Source: Selaginella moellendorffii (taxonomy: Eukaryota > Plantae > Lycopodiophyta). From it: a stretch of 64,000 nt of DNA. Within the stretch, counting starts at the first letter, position 1. Every line of letters begins with the position of its first letter. Location of the stretch: the NCBI RefSeq assembly GCF_000143415.4, contig NW_003314297.1:1390412-1454411 (forward strand), given 5' to 3'. Of this stretch, positions 46,945-59,157 are shown in pieces. Made by a program: the position numbers and the translations under genes. The notes beneath the pieces are model-generated. The model was given only the letters and a program-made list of their open reading frames with translations, ran no database searches and was not told where the DNA came from.

Positions 46945-48121
46945 AACCCTAAAAACAGAGTGTCCGTAAATAATTCACCCGTTTGTAGGGCTTTTTTTAT
47001 TCTATGTTAAAATTTTATTGATATGCCCTAAATCCTTATACATTTTTTCTAAAGGCATGAAAGCAATATGTATAGATTTGTTTATATGGTCCACTTGAAA
47101 TAATGCTTTGACAGTGAAATGCTTGTTTTCCTCGAACCTGTAAAGATTGAGGGGAGGAGTCCAACGAGATCCTCGGTAATATAGTGCCGTGAGACCGTAT
47201 GACTTGCCACCTTTCACAGCGTTGTCGCTTTAAGCTCGATCCAGATGTGTGGACTCGACGATTTCCACATTGATCCACCAAAATGGAGAGCTCTGTTGAG
47301 ACGCAACATGTCCCTGTCCCACAAAAATAACCTTTTTAATGGCTGCCATCTTTTATATTGAACGGTGTGCTGGATCAATAACTGCTTGACTTTCGTGGAA
47401 TGCATTGATCAGTCGAGTTACCAGAGAGGCTGGGGCTGAGGCCAATACTAGAGCAGTGTATCTTTGGAAATCATCCCCTTCTCATCATGATGTCGGACTT
47501 CATATGGGGTCCAGCGCGCTCCTGGCAATCCAAGCTTCTTCCCTTCACACTGTATAGGGACAAATGCACTATCTGCACCCTATTGTCTCTTTGATGAGGT
47601 TGAAGGTTTTCAGTATAGAGATGCTGGTGTTGTACATGCTTCTTGGTGGGCACTATAAAACCCTGTAAACAGTTAAGTGAATGAATATAGGTGGAGACAA
47701 GGAATTCAACCTTGCCTACTGTGGCAGTAAGAAAGGAAAGCTTTCCCGCTTATGTGAATTGGCTGCTTGGTTGGGTGTGAAGTCATCAAGTCAAAGACAA
47801 TGAAAGAAGATATGTTTTTGAGGGTCTTGCAATGCTTAATTGAACACCTAAGAATACAGATGCAAATTCAAAACCTTATCACTCATGGTCCCTTTAATCT
47901 TCAAATTTGAATACCCACGTTTCTCTTAATAACAATACTAAGTTGAGTACAATTTGAATCTTTAGGGCAAGTTTTAGATTTAGCATCCATGATTACAGCC
48001 GATCTTGACCTGATCTTGCACAGCTGGCTCTCCAAGAAGGATATCACATGAGCGGCGTTCACAATGGTTGTTTGACCGATGTGGATCATACATGACAAGA
48101 ACTATTTTCTTTGAAGTGTTT

Positions 48122-48477
48122 CTATACAAACGGTGTCTTGGTGAATGGAGCTGGATGGTCGTCTGGATTCTTAGCTTCTTCGTGGTGCTGCGCCTTCTTG
48201 GCCTCAGCTCGGTCGGTGGCGGCGGCCTGGCGCGTGTCCTTGGTCAAATCCGCGGCGATGCCCGCCTCTTCGTCCCCTGCCCCTTTCATCTTCTCGGCCT
48301 GCATACATCGCGCATTGCAATCCCGGGGATCAAACTCTAAGCGAGAAAAGAAAAAACCCTAACCTGCGCTGAGATCGTTGCTCCCGCCTTCTCCAAGTTC
48401 TCCTGCATCGTCGCGCCCGCGTTCTTGAGGCCCTCCGCCACGGAAACCCCCTTGTCCTGCCCTGGTGCTTGCTTCAT
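48122..48477 (-). CDS. Small LEA-like protein (exons 48477-48364, 48298-48122; 96 aa)
   Basis: LKNAGATMQENLEKAGATISAQAEKMK...AEAKKAQHHEEAK, resembling LEA_1; GCCACGTGT and GACACGTGTC upstream. Confidence 0.75.
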
Positions 48478-48704
48478 CGCGATCGATTCTAGTCACAAAG
48501 AAACACAATCCCTAGGATCCTTCTTGCGATGCTCTTCTTTTTCACTCCGCGGAGAACAAGCAAACTAGATGCCACGTGTGAGGGTCCGTGGCGCATTCTC
48601 AAACCCGACACGTGTCTGGGTATGGATGCTTCTGGCATATTCGAACTTTCGCGCTTCCCCGGAATGTGAAGGGGCATTCCGTTATATTGTTGTAGGGCTG
48701 GGCG

Positions 48705-50087
48705 ATGTTTCTCCCCCAAATGGGCACCAAGCGAGTAGACATCGCCGACTGGCTGGAGAGCCAGAAGAAGGACTACGCGCCCAGCAGCTTGGATCGCTAC
48801 CTCTCCCACCCCGAGAGCCCCACAAGCCCCCGATGGGATTCGCTCGCCCCATCGCAGCACCAGCAAACGCCCCCGGGATCATCATCCATGAGCTCCGCCT
48901 CCTCCTCTCCCAATCCCTCCTTCTCCGCCAATACCACACCCCGGGCCGCGGGGGGATCGTGTCTCCCCTTGCCCTCGCCGCTCTCGATCCAGTACGCCAA
49001 GGGCGAGATGGTGGCGGTGCGCTGCAATCGCCACAAGTGGCTCCTGGGCGAAGTGAGGCGACTGTCCACGCGGGGGGTTAGGGTTTGGGTGCGCGAGGCG
49101 GGCCTCCTCGTCAACGTCCCCAAGCAGCTCCTGGCCACGCACCTCCACAAGATGGCCACCTCCATGGACCAGCAGGGATTCATCCACTACTCGCTCCCAC
49201 CGGGCGACGCAAACGCGTCCATTCTCGCCGCCGAGGCCATGGAATCCTCGCCCAGCGGCGCCCCGCGCTTCCTCGTCCAGTGCGTCCGCCCCGCGCATCT
49301 CTCCCACCGCCAGCTCTTCCTGGCGCCGCAGGGATCCGCCGGCGCCACCACCGCCGGCGGCGCCAACGCCTGCGCGATCTGTGGCCACGACGTGATCGTC
49401 GAGGACGAGGCGGTGGCGCCCTGGGATTGCAATCACTCCTGCCACATCGATTGCATCCAGGACAAGCCGCGCTTCTTCTCCACCATGAATTGCCCAGTTT
49501 GCGCCGAGCAGTCGACGTCGCCCTCCACGGCGTCGTCGTCCCCGGCGACACCCCCGCCATATCCCGCCCAGTTTGGGATCGACGGCCCTCATCATGTAGA
49601 GCCCAGGGAATCGACGGCGGAGAGTCCGCCTCCTCAGCCGCTGAAAACCATCGATGAGGACACGCCGGAGCTCCGCACGCCCAAGCCCTCTCTCAAGCCC
49701 GCCATCAAGAAGCAGAGCGTGAGCTTCTCGTCCGACATGCAACCGCCTCAAGCGTCCTCGTCTTCTTCCTCCATCGCCACTTCCAAGAAGAGCGGCGTTG
49801 GCAGCAGTAGTAGTAGCGCTGCGCCAGCGCCATCCACCGCTTCTACTGCTACTTCTCTCGCGGAGCGGATGAAGAGGTTCTCAATCGGTGGCGGTGGAGC
49901 TCAAGCTAGCAATGAGCAACAGCAGCAGCAAGGGGAATGGCTAACGGTGATCAGGGACGGGCAAGACACGAGGCAGACGGCCTCGCAGCAGAGGATTGAG
50001 CATATGGCACGGGCAAAAGAGAACACTTTCTCTGCAAAAGCCAAGCAGCAGCAACAGCAACAACAACAGCAGCTCAGAATTCAGTGA
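48705..50087 (+). CDS. RING-H2-type zinc finger protein, single exon
   Basis: CAIC...CNHSCHIDC...CPVC within a 460-aa ORF; Ser/Gln low-complexity tracts. Confidence 0.75.
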   Translation: MFLPQMGTKRVDIADWLESQKKDYAPSSLDRYLSHPESPTSPRWDSLAPSQHQQTPPGSSSMSSASSSPNPSFSANTTPRAAGGSCLPLPSPLSIQYAKGEMVAVRCNRHKWLLGEVRRLSTRGVRVWVREAGLLVNVPKQLLATHLHKMATSMDQQGFIHYSLPPGDANASILAAEAMESSPSGAPRFLVQCVRPAHLSHRQLFLAPQGSAGATTAGGANACAICGHDVIVEDEAVAPWDCNHSCHIDCIQDKPRFFSTMNCPVCAEQSTSPSTASSSPATPPPYPAQFGIDGPHHVEPRESTAESPPPQPLKTIDEDTPELRTPKPSLKPAIKKQSVSFSSDMQPPQASSSSSSIATSKKSGVGSSSSSAAPAPSTASTATSLAERMKRFSIGGGGAQASNEQQQQQGEWLTVIRDGQDTRQTASQQRIEHMARAKENTFSAKAKQQQQQQQQQLRIQ

Positions 50088-50680
50088 AAGTTTCTGTTTC
50101 TTTTTCTACTTGAGTGCAAATTAGTGAAATTTTGTATCATATCAGCTGACGTGTCATAGACAAATATGTGCTAAGCCATGACTTTCATTGACATTACATT
50201 GACTTTGATTATCATTTTTAGCTGGAGAGCTCAAATGTAGTCCGGGGTCGAAATGGTTAGCTACTATGATTTTAAAAACTTTTAAGAGTCTCCAGTCAAT
50301 GACAGCACGGTAGTACTTTGCTTAGAATTCGCTGGAATCTAAGGAAGTGGGCAGACAAATCATCTCATAGACTGCATGACGTAAAAACTACTCTATGTTG
50401 AGCTTTGAAAGTTAGCTATTCGAAGGAAACCGTGATTCAAAGCCAAGATCGCGTTATTTTCCACAGCCTATTAACAAGCTCGTCTAAATCCTCTCGGAAC
50501 AAATCGGGATTTTTGGTCGCTGTGCTCTTCATGCGCTGTTGTTATTTCTTCAATAGGATCCTATTTCCGGATAGATCGAACAAATCAGGGAGGGAATGAA
50601 TACCTCTTTCCACGAATATTTATAGAGACTTCTATATTATCGATCGATTGAGGGACGAACTATGTGGCAATAAATCTGAT

Positions 50681-51031
50681 TCAGTAGCCACAGATGCCAA
50701 AATCGCAGCGCAGCGGTCGGCGGCAGACGTTCCCACAGGTGCCGCAGTTCCTCCTGCTGCGATCCAGATCCACGCATCGCCCCCTGCAGCAGCTGAATCC
50801 AAACCCACACCGATTGAAGCACCGCCCGCAGTGCGCCGGATCGCCCAAGATGTCGACGCATCGCCTGTTGCAGCAAATCGGCCCGGCGGGCCTGTTCCTG
50901 GGATTCAAGCACACCAACGGATTGGAGTTGCAGTTTCTTCTCGTCCTCGGCGGCGCCGCTTGCCCATCGCTGCCGCTGGGCGCGAACACCAGAATGATCA
51001 GAGCTAGGAGGAGCAAGAACCTGAGCAGCAT
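50681..51031 (-). CDS. STIG1-family secreted cysteine-rich protein
   Basis: Signal peptide plus CC...CVD...HCGRC...C..GFSCCRGRCVD...NCGTC...C...GICGY pattern. Confidence 0.9.
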   Translation of the reverse strand: MLLRFLLLLALIILVFAPSGSDGQAAPPRTRRNCNSNPLVCLNPRNRPAGPICCNRRCVDILGDPAHCGRCFNRCGFGFSCCRGRCVDLDRSRRNCGTCGNVCRRPLRCDFGICGY

Positions 51032-51390
51032 TGTGTCGCCGTCGCTGGCGCGATTGGAGATCTGGGAAGCGCGAGCCCTTCCCTTGTTCTTGAAGCGCGT
51101 ATGGGAATTTCTAGCCGTGATTTCTCAATTCCTTGTGCTTCAAGTCGGGCATAACTCGAGCGCCGGGCATGTTCCTTAATTTCAAATTTTCAAACCCAGA
51201 CGATGCTCGAGAATATTCTTTTGTCCACGTGTGCGCTAGATTGAATCTAGAGCGTTGACTTGCGACGGTGGAGTGGCCACAAGAAAAAACGTGTGGAGTT
51301 TCGCAATCGTGGAAAGAGAAAGAAAGTCGCATTTTTTTTTCCAAGAGATTAGCTCTCGCAAATTCATTACAAAGATCCAGACAAATCGAT

Positions 51391-52078
51391 CTATTTCCCC
51401 TTCTTGGCAGCGGCGAGCTTCCTCTCGATCGTGAAGAAGATCGCGAGCGATCCCACGGAGAAGAGGGAGAAGCAAGCGGTGGCAATGTAGAGCGATTTGG
51501 GGCGGCCGGTGATTGGGATCACGGTGAAGATGTTCTCCGTCTTGGCCGCGTTCGTGCTCTGCCCGTACGCGACTTGGCTCCCGGTCGAGTTGATCGCGTA
51601 AGCTCGCACGAAGTAGAGCGCTCCCGGGATGTCCTTGGAGATGAGCCACTCGGTGGAGTTTCCAGCGGCGCCCGCGTAGGACTGCGTCGCGATGTCGAAT
51701 TGGCACGTCTTGTCCTTCTTGAGATCATCGGTGCTCTTCCTCCAGCCGCGGTTTTCCTGGCTAGGCGGCGCGTAGCAGAGCTTGAGCTTGATGTTCTTGA
51801 AGTTTGTGGGAGCTGGGACGGAGGAATTCACGGACCAGTTGATCAGGAGTCGGTCCTTTCCGGATTCCACGGCTGATCGGAACCAAGGTAAGCGAAGAAC
51901 ACCACGAAGAACAAAGAAGAGCTCTCTACTTACAGTTTAAGAAGCGCCCTTGCTCGTTCATCGCCACCGTCACGACCAAGCTCCTCGGCAAGCTCGCGAA
52001 GGAAACACCGCCATGGACGGATCGCGCCAAAGCGAGGAAAGCAATCGACACGAGCAGCACGCAATCGAAAACAGCCAT
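51391..52078 (-). CDS. NAR2: NAR2/NRT3 high-affinity nitrate transport accessory protein (exons 52078-51934, 51872-51391)
   Basis: Signal peptide, GVSFASLPRSLVV, KLKLCYAPPSQENRGWRKSTDDLKKDKTCQF, YFVRAYA, VAYGQST and C-terminal TM. Confidence 0.95.
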
Positions 52079-53165
52079 CTTGGATGCTTGCTACTTTGGC
52101 TTCCACCCCAATCGAAGGCGACGAGAGAACAATCAAAGACGAGAATCCCCAGAGATTATATCTCCCACACGCACCAGTCAACCATTGGCCAAATCGGCCC
52201 AGCGAAGGACAAAAGGCGCCACACGAGAGGATCTCAAAGAGTCGCGGATTAGCCACAGCTTGCCTGTTGGAGAGCTCTGACCCTGGAAACTAGCGCGGCG
52301 AAAAACTATAGTCTATTATCGCCAAAGTCAAGAGTGTTGGGCCCCGAAGGAAAACTTTTCCAAAAGGCTCTCATCATCAAAGGGTGTCATCTCTTTTATC
52401 TTTGTTACTTTTTTTTCTTTGTTCTTTCTGTTTTATCATAGTCGCTAATGGCTGAGCTGAGCTGATGCGTCTTTCCTGCTAAGACACCCGCTTAAAGAGA
52501 TAGGTCAGCAAAACAATCAAAGGATTAGTTCCAAAGAAGAAGATATGGAAAACTAGAAAAAAAAAAGAGATCATTACTGCCCTGGGGTATCAGCTTAGCA
52601 AACAGTCACGAACACAGCGTCACCAACAACGGCACCATTTTTACGCGCACCAGCGATCCTCCTAGAGTCGTTTTTCCTTTTTTTCCGAGGCAGCAGTCAG
52701 CAGCAGCGGCAATAGCGGCAGTAGCAGCAGCAACTTTGGCACGACCCCACTCAGCACTACCAAAACCCCCCTAAAAGTGGACGAAGCACAGAAGCATTTC
52801 GTTAGCATGACTGCACACAGGCAAAGCACTCCACAGATGCAAGACAAACATACAACAACAGCCTTCCCATACCAATAAGCGAGAAACATACATCATAGTG
52901 ATGGAAAGAAAGAAAAGAGGGAGAGAGCGAGAGAGAAGAGTGAGAAAGAGAGCAAGAGAAGAAAAAAAATGCAACGTAAAGACGAACCAGCTGAGGTGCC
53001 ACCTCCACTCAGCTAGATGTCCCTCGGACAGCTTCCATGAGTACTACTAAGACTGTCCACCCCCGGATAGCTCTAACAAGGTACTCCAAAGGCGCATGCC
53101 ACCGCTCGCTTATTAGGATTCCTGCGATGGAACCGAAATTGTTGGTGATCGGTGCAAGCTTTTGA

Positions 53166-54470
53166 TCAGAAGATGCAAACCTCAGGCTCTGAATTAGGAG
53201 AAGAATGGCGGCCATTCACGGGACTTTTCGCATCCGGCGATGGACTTGCTCTCGGAGAGACGCTGCGATGGCCCAAGTTTCGCACCGGCGATGGGCTCCT
53301 GGGAGCTGGAGAAGCGCTACGACGAGGCTGAGGCGACGGGCTCCTGCAAAACAAAAGCAAGAATTAGCAAGGGAAAAAAAGCGCTTAGTGTTCAAAGCCA
53401 CCACCTTTCAATGACTGGAGACGCTTGCCTCTCGGGTGATTTACTCCGGGATCGTCTTCGCCCCTCGCGGCCATCACGACCATCACGAGCATCGCGGCCA
53501 TCGCGGCCGCCGTCACGATTGTCTCGGGGATAGTCGTGGCCACGGCCTCTACTTCTACTGCGGCTTCGGCTGCGGCTAAAGCTCCGTCTCCGGTAATCTC
53601 TACTGTCACGCCCGCGGTATCTCTCGCGTTCGTATCTTTCGCGACTACGGCTACGCCTTCGGTCTCTATCTCTCTCTCGGTAGTCGTCATAATCCCTTCT
53701 ACAATCAACGAGAGAAGAATTAAGTCTCCATCTATCCAACGAAAAATTTTCAATGTCCGAAAGTTTCTAACCTTCCTCTCCGAGGACTCCGGCTCCTGGA
53801 CCGGCTGCGCCAGATTGGACTGGACGAAGTTATTTTTCCACGGTGGCTGCAGAAAAGAAAAGAAAGAGAGAATAAAAAAAACCACCAAGAGCATCCGAGC
53901 GTTTCACTCACATTGACTCATCGTTCCTGCCGTATTTCGCAAATTGGACAACAATATTTCTTCCATCTACATTCTTACCTGCGAAGTAACCAAGCACGAG
54001 AATTTAACAAAGAACTACAAGACAAAGTATGGAAGCATACCATCAAGCCTCTCAATTGCCTTTTGAGCTTCGTCAGCGTGCTTGTAACGAACGAAAGCAA
54101 ATCCCCTCGAGTCCCCGGTTCTGGAAAGCACGAAGGAAGAAAAGAAAAGAAAAAATCAAGGACACTGTCTGCAAGAAGGCCAACATTTGCGAGCTTTACC
54201 TCCGGTCTCTTGGGATAAAAATATCAACCACTTTTCCATATCTATCAAACAAAGGAAACAAATCGTCGGCGCTGGTCCCTGCAACACGGGCATCGAGAGG
54301 CCGTGAAACCCTAGAAATCCAATGCAGATTCTAGCGCGCGAGAGAGCGCGCGAGCGCGAGCGCTGGGAGGAGCGAAGAGGAAGAAATCACTCACGGAAGG
54401 TGATGTTGAGGACGAGGAGCGAGTACGTATCGCGGATGTCCGGCGGCCCCGATCGCCCAAAATGCGACAT
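53166..54470 (-). CDS. SC35: SR splicing factor SC35-like, multi-exon; 3' end may splice further to about 52643
   Basis: MSHFGRSGPPDIRDTYSLLVLNITFRT, VVDIFIPRDRR, SRGFAFVRY, VQFAKYG and an RS domain. Confidence 0.93.
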
Positions 54471-54624
54471 CGTCGCGCCCAGCGCCAAGCCCTAGCAGCC
54501 AAAGGATGAGGCTAAGCTTATCAAGGGGGGCCTTTTATATGTGACCGGGCTTTGCTAAGGACACCCTGGGTCCGGGATTTATTCTCTCGCTCCCACTCGC
54601 GATCGCTCGCTAGGGCTAGCTAGA

Positions 54625-56004
54625 ATGTGCGCGCTTCTTCTCCGCTCCGGCGCTCGCCCGATCGCGCCGCTCGCCAATACGGAATCCAGGAAGCGCAGGT
54701 GCGCAAGATCCAGGTGCTCGGCGCGGCTCTCGGTGGAGATGCCTGGCAGGAATCTAGAGAGTCCTGTCCTTGCCGCGGCGCCGGTGATGGTGAGTGGCAT
54801 CTCTCTTTGTGTGGGATTCCGGGGTCAAATATCCATTTCCAGGTGAACGATTGCACAGGCAAGGTCGGGCAGGCTGTGGCGGAGGCCGCTGTGGCGGCTG
54901 GGCTGAGATTGGTGCCCCTGAGCTTGACAGGGCCGGGGAGAGGAGGCAAGAGAGTCGTGATTGGGAATGTGGAGGTGGACGTCCGGGAAGTGTCCGAGAG
55001 AGAGGATGTTGTCAAGGAGGTGATCACGGAGTATCCCAATGTCATCGTTGTCGATTACACTCTTCCTGCCGCTGTAAATGGTAAGGAAGGAATCCCTCCT
55101 CTCGGTGTTTTTCTCTCGTTCTTACTGGGTTGTCTTCTAGACAATGCGGAGTTTTACTGCAAGCACGGGCTCCCTTTTGTGATGGGAACAACGGGGGGCG
55201 ATCGCGAGAAGCTCTTGGATGTAGCAAGAAAATCGGGAATTTACTCTATCATTGCGCCACAGATGGGGAAACAGGTGGACTTGTTCTTGTTCTTTTGATC
55301 GTTTGGAGGTTTAGTTTCTCTTTTCTCAGGTCGTCGCTTTCGTAGCAGCAATGGAGATTATGGCTAAGCAATTCCCTGGAGCTTTCTCAGGATATACTCT
55401 CCAGGTACGCAAAAGTTGGGGAATGTAGTACTGACTGACTTGAACAATCAATCAGGTGACTGAGTCCCATCAATCTACCAAAGCTGATGTTTCGGGCACT
55501 GCTTTAGCAGTCATTTCCAGTCTTCGCAAGCTGGGGCTAGACTTTAAGGACGAGCAGGTTGGAAGAATTATTCGTACGAGTTTATATTGTACATTGCATT
55601 CCTTGATGATTTTCCAGGTGGAGCTCGTGAGGGATCCGAAGGAGCAAATGACGAGAATGGGAGTACCGGAACAGTATCTTAATGGCCATGCATTTCACAC
55701 CTACAAAATTATGTCACCAGATGGCACGTAAGTTATCTCTCATTACAAAAAAAAATTCTTTTGATTGATCTCTTTTGCAGTGTTTTCTTTGAATTCAAGC
55801 ACAATGTTTGTGGCCGAAGTATCTACGCTCAGGGAACAGTTGATGCCGTCTTGTTCCTATCTAAGAAGGTGCAAAGTTCTTTTTTGTCATTTTCCTTGCC
55901 TTCCTGTTAAAAGTGAGATTTTCCCCCGCTTTCAGATCCAAGAGAAGTCAGAGAAGCGGCTGTACAACATGATCGACGTCCTAGAGGGCGGAAGGATGAG
56001 ATGA
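54625..56004 (+). CDS. dapB: 4-hydroxy-tetrahydrodipicolinate reductase, plastid, multi-exon
   Basis: CTGKVG, VDYTLP, PFVMGTTGG, APQMGKQ, ESHQSTKADVSGTA, HNVCGRSIYAQGT. Confidence 0.95.
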
Positions 56005-56007
56005 TCT

Positions 56008-58257
56008 TCACTCGGAGTCTTCCGCGAGCACATCCCCCGGGAGCTGCATTTTCAAGATGTCTGTCCGGTTCAAGACTTGCGCGGCCGCCTTTTCATCCTC
56101 CAGCACCTCGCTCTCGAGGTCCTTCGTCTCGGCCGGGTCTGGGAAGCACGCTGTGTCCGAGAGGGGCCGCAAGCTGAGATAAGCGATGAAGAGGAGATAT
56201 AGCAGCGTCAGGGAGAAGACGATCATGCCGAGAATAACACGCCCCGCCAGGAGAGTGTGGCTCGATATCAGCCACTTCACGAAAGCCGAGACGAGGAAGT
56301 AGACATTGACAGTCATCACGCAGCCACCGATGAAACCAGTGACGATCATAATCTGCCCAAGACGATGATCTTAGCAACACAAGCAAAGATATCAAACAAG
56401 AACCAGTTATACCCCGAGAGAGTTTACGTGTGCTCCCATTTTGAGCTTGCTGCCTGTGAAACGCAGGAGTGGAATTAGCACGAATGGCAGCACGAACGAT
56501 AGGATCATCTGGAAGTTGATACGAGTTAGAATGGATGGTTTCTTCTTTTCTTTGGATTTCTTACCGAGCAAACTATGATCAGTTGTCCAGCGCTCCGGGA
56601 GCCTCCGATAAGAGCGACCACCAAGCTGGGAACAATGGCAACGCTGCGAGTGAGCAAGTTTCTCATCCATGGTTTGAGCCGGAGGTTGAGGAAGCCTTGC
56701 ATCACGTACTGCCCCGCGTAAGTCCCCGTGATGGTGGAGCTCTCTCCAGATGCCAGGAGCGCCACTGCGAATATGACTTTGCTCCATTGCCCGAGAACGT
56801 TCTAAAGGGAAGGAAGAACCCGAGCTTACAAAAGAGAAAAATGGAAGCTTTGGTGACTTACGCGAAGCAAAAAGGAGGCCTGGTTGAGGTCCAAGTCGGA
56901 GCACTTGTCTCTGTCTTCTGGAGAGAGATCCGGCCTGAAGCACACCGTCGCGCTTACAGAGATGACACAGACGTTGATAAGGAAGGAGAGGAAGATGGCG
57001 AATCCACACTCCAAAAGGTAGTATCTACATCCTTCCTGTGAATCCATAGATAAAAGCTTAGCAAGAGCAAAAGAAAAAAATCTCCATCTTGCCTTGATAG
57101 CTTCCTCCGATCGATGGATTTTTCGAGTTAGTACCAGCGCGGAATGGAGGTAAAGGTTATGCCTGTCACACAAAGAAAAGAAGTTAGAGCGTTGGAAGAA
57201 GCACGATCATTGATCGAGCTTACGGCATGATCATCGCGCCGAGCAAAGAGATTGCGATTCCAGTTGCGCCATGGCCGCTCAATCTCGGTATAAACCCCTT
57301 GAGCACTTCACTAGCTTCCGGCTTGGCATAGCCCAGCTCCGCAAAGAAGCAGCCGACCATGACAAAAACAAAGAGAGCCACCACGAACTCCAGCTTCCTG
57401 ACCTGGAGTGCTCTCACAAAGTTTAGAAAACCAGAAAAAAACGGAAGAAAAACATCACGTACTCCATATTGTTGCAACGCAAGCAAAAGCAGCGTGCTCA
57501 CTCCGGTGAGAAGAACTCCGATCCAAAGCGGTATGCTGAAAAGCATGTTCAATGCGAATGCGGTGCCGATCACTGCCAAGAGTCCAGGGACAAGAGTTTT
57601 TAAGTGTTGCGATGAAAAACAATGCGCCAGACCTTCGGGAATGTCCGATGCGATGATCGTCACCTCGGCTAGAATCCATAACACGTATTTCACTAGCCGC
57701 GGGTACTCAGTCCTGCAGTGCTCCGCTAGATGCCTCCCTGATATAAAAAAAGAACTGATCGCTAAGTTTTCTCGCAATCGCAAAGTTCGCTCCTTACCAG
57801 TTACAACTCCCAAGTTGGCAGCGAGCGATTGAATGATCAATCCAGCCACGGACGCAAAGAGCACAACCCACAAGAGCTGAGAGAAGATGGCGTGAACGAA
57901 TCAAACAAAGAAAAAAGGGCACCTCATATCTGTACTGTGCTCCAGATTGGAGATCGCTTTCAACTGGAAGGAAATGATAAATAAGAAACCCGGGTTTGAG
58001 AAAAAGCAAGAGCACACGTACAATTAGCGGGATCAATGTAAGCAATGCACACCAAGAAACCGGGGCCCAAAAACGCCAGGAGCTTCCGAAAAGCTCCCTT
58101 TTGCTGTGCACGCGAGGAACGAGGAACGATGAAGTCCACGATACAAAGAGAGGGAAAAAAAACCTACCCGTGGGATTAGAACTTGATTCTTGATTCCCTC
58201 TTCGTCGGAGGCGGAGGCGGAGGAGGGGGGAGCGAGCATGTTCCGTAGCGAATCCAT
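56008..58257 (-). CDS. NRAMP: NRAMP metal transporter, multi-exon
   Basis: [66 protein letters not shown]. Confidence 0.96.
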
Positions 58258-58343
58258 GGATGGGTGGAGCTAACCCCGGCATAAATTAAATAGGAAAAGT
58301 GGCGCACGCTTCACCATGGTGCACTTGCGCCAAGAGTGTGTTT

Positions 58344-58390
58344 TGTGCCATATCAGTGCCACATCAGTGCCACATAATTGTGCCACATCA
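58344..58390 (+). repeat. Four tandem GTGCCA(C/T)AT motifs
   Basis: gtgccatatca-gtgccacatca-gtgccacataatt-gtgccacatca. Confidence 0.8.
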
Positions 58391-58516
58391 ATGAAAAAGC
58401 TAATATTTCGAAAGCAACTTTAAAAATTTTAAAAATAGATTGATTATATTATGGAAATATATTCTCCCGAATATGCTTAGATAAAAATTTGTTGCAGAAT
58501 ATAATATTTATTTAAT

Positions 58517-58522
<6 letters not shown>

Positions 58523-58564
<42 letters not shown>
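58523..58564. repeat. (TA)n microsatellite
   Basis: About 20 consecutive TA units. Confidence 0.95.
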
Positions 58565-58569
<5 letters not shown>

Positions 58570-59006
58570 CATTTAGTTAATATGTGCATATCAATTAAAT
58601 TTTACTCCTACCAACAAATAATGTAACATTTTATAGTTGTGTTATATGTTCTTTTTTTTGCTAGTTAAAAATATTTTAAATATTTTTTAGTCAAACAATT
58701 AACTTACTTATTTATCTTTTTAATACTGAATTCTTTATGTCTAATTATCTTAGAATGTTTCTCTTATTCTTTTAATATAAAAGTTTCTGATAAAAATCAA
58801 GTCAAGTAACATATAAATGTTTTTATAAAAATAAACTTAAATATAAATAAATTTTCAATTATTTTATAATATGGTTTATATAGAATAAAGACATGTTATA
58901 TGAATCTACAAATTTGTTAGCTAAAACTATATAACTTACTGAAATTATTTATACTTCCTTTATCTTTATAAATAATTATTATAAAAAATCTAAATACAAC
59001 TATAAA

Positions 59007-59157
59007 ATGCCGTATACTAATATTAGCGTAGTGGAATTTTGGTAGCCGTCGGATTAGTTTCAATCCGGACCATTCGCTCCTGTATATAACTTGGGGTTTT
59101 TGGGCTAATTGATATGCATATTTCTGTATTCCCTTTTCCATATTCCATGCACTCACA
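59007..59157 (+). repeat. 5' LTR, apparently 5'-truncated
   Basis: 151 bp aligning to the 3' LTR with about 13 mismatches by manual count. Confidence 0.9.

Noticed and set aside
47000-48100. Short ORFs between the membrane-protein and LEA genes
   Set aside because: Stops in all frames and no identifiable family
48882-49751. Long antisense and alternative-frame ORFs over GC-rich genes
   Set aside because: Expected from high GC3 codon usage of the sense genes
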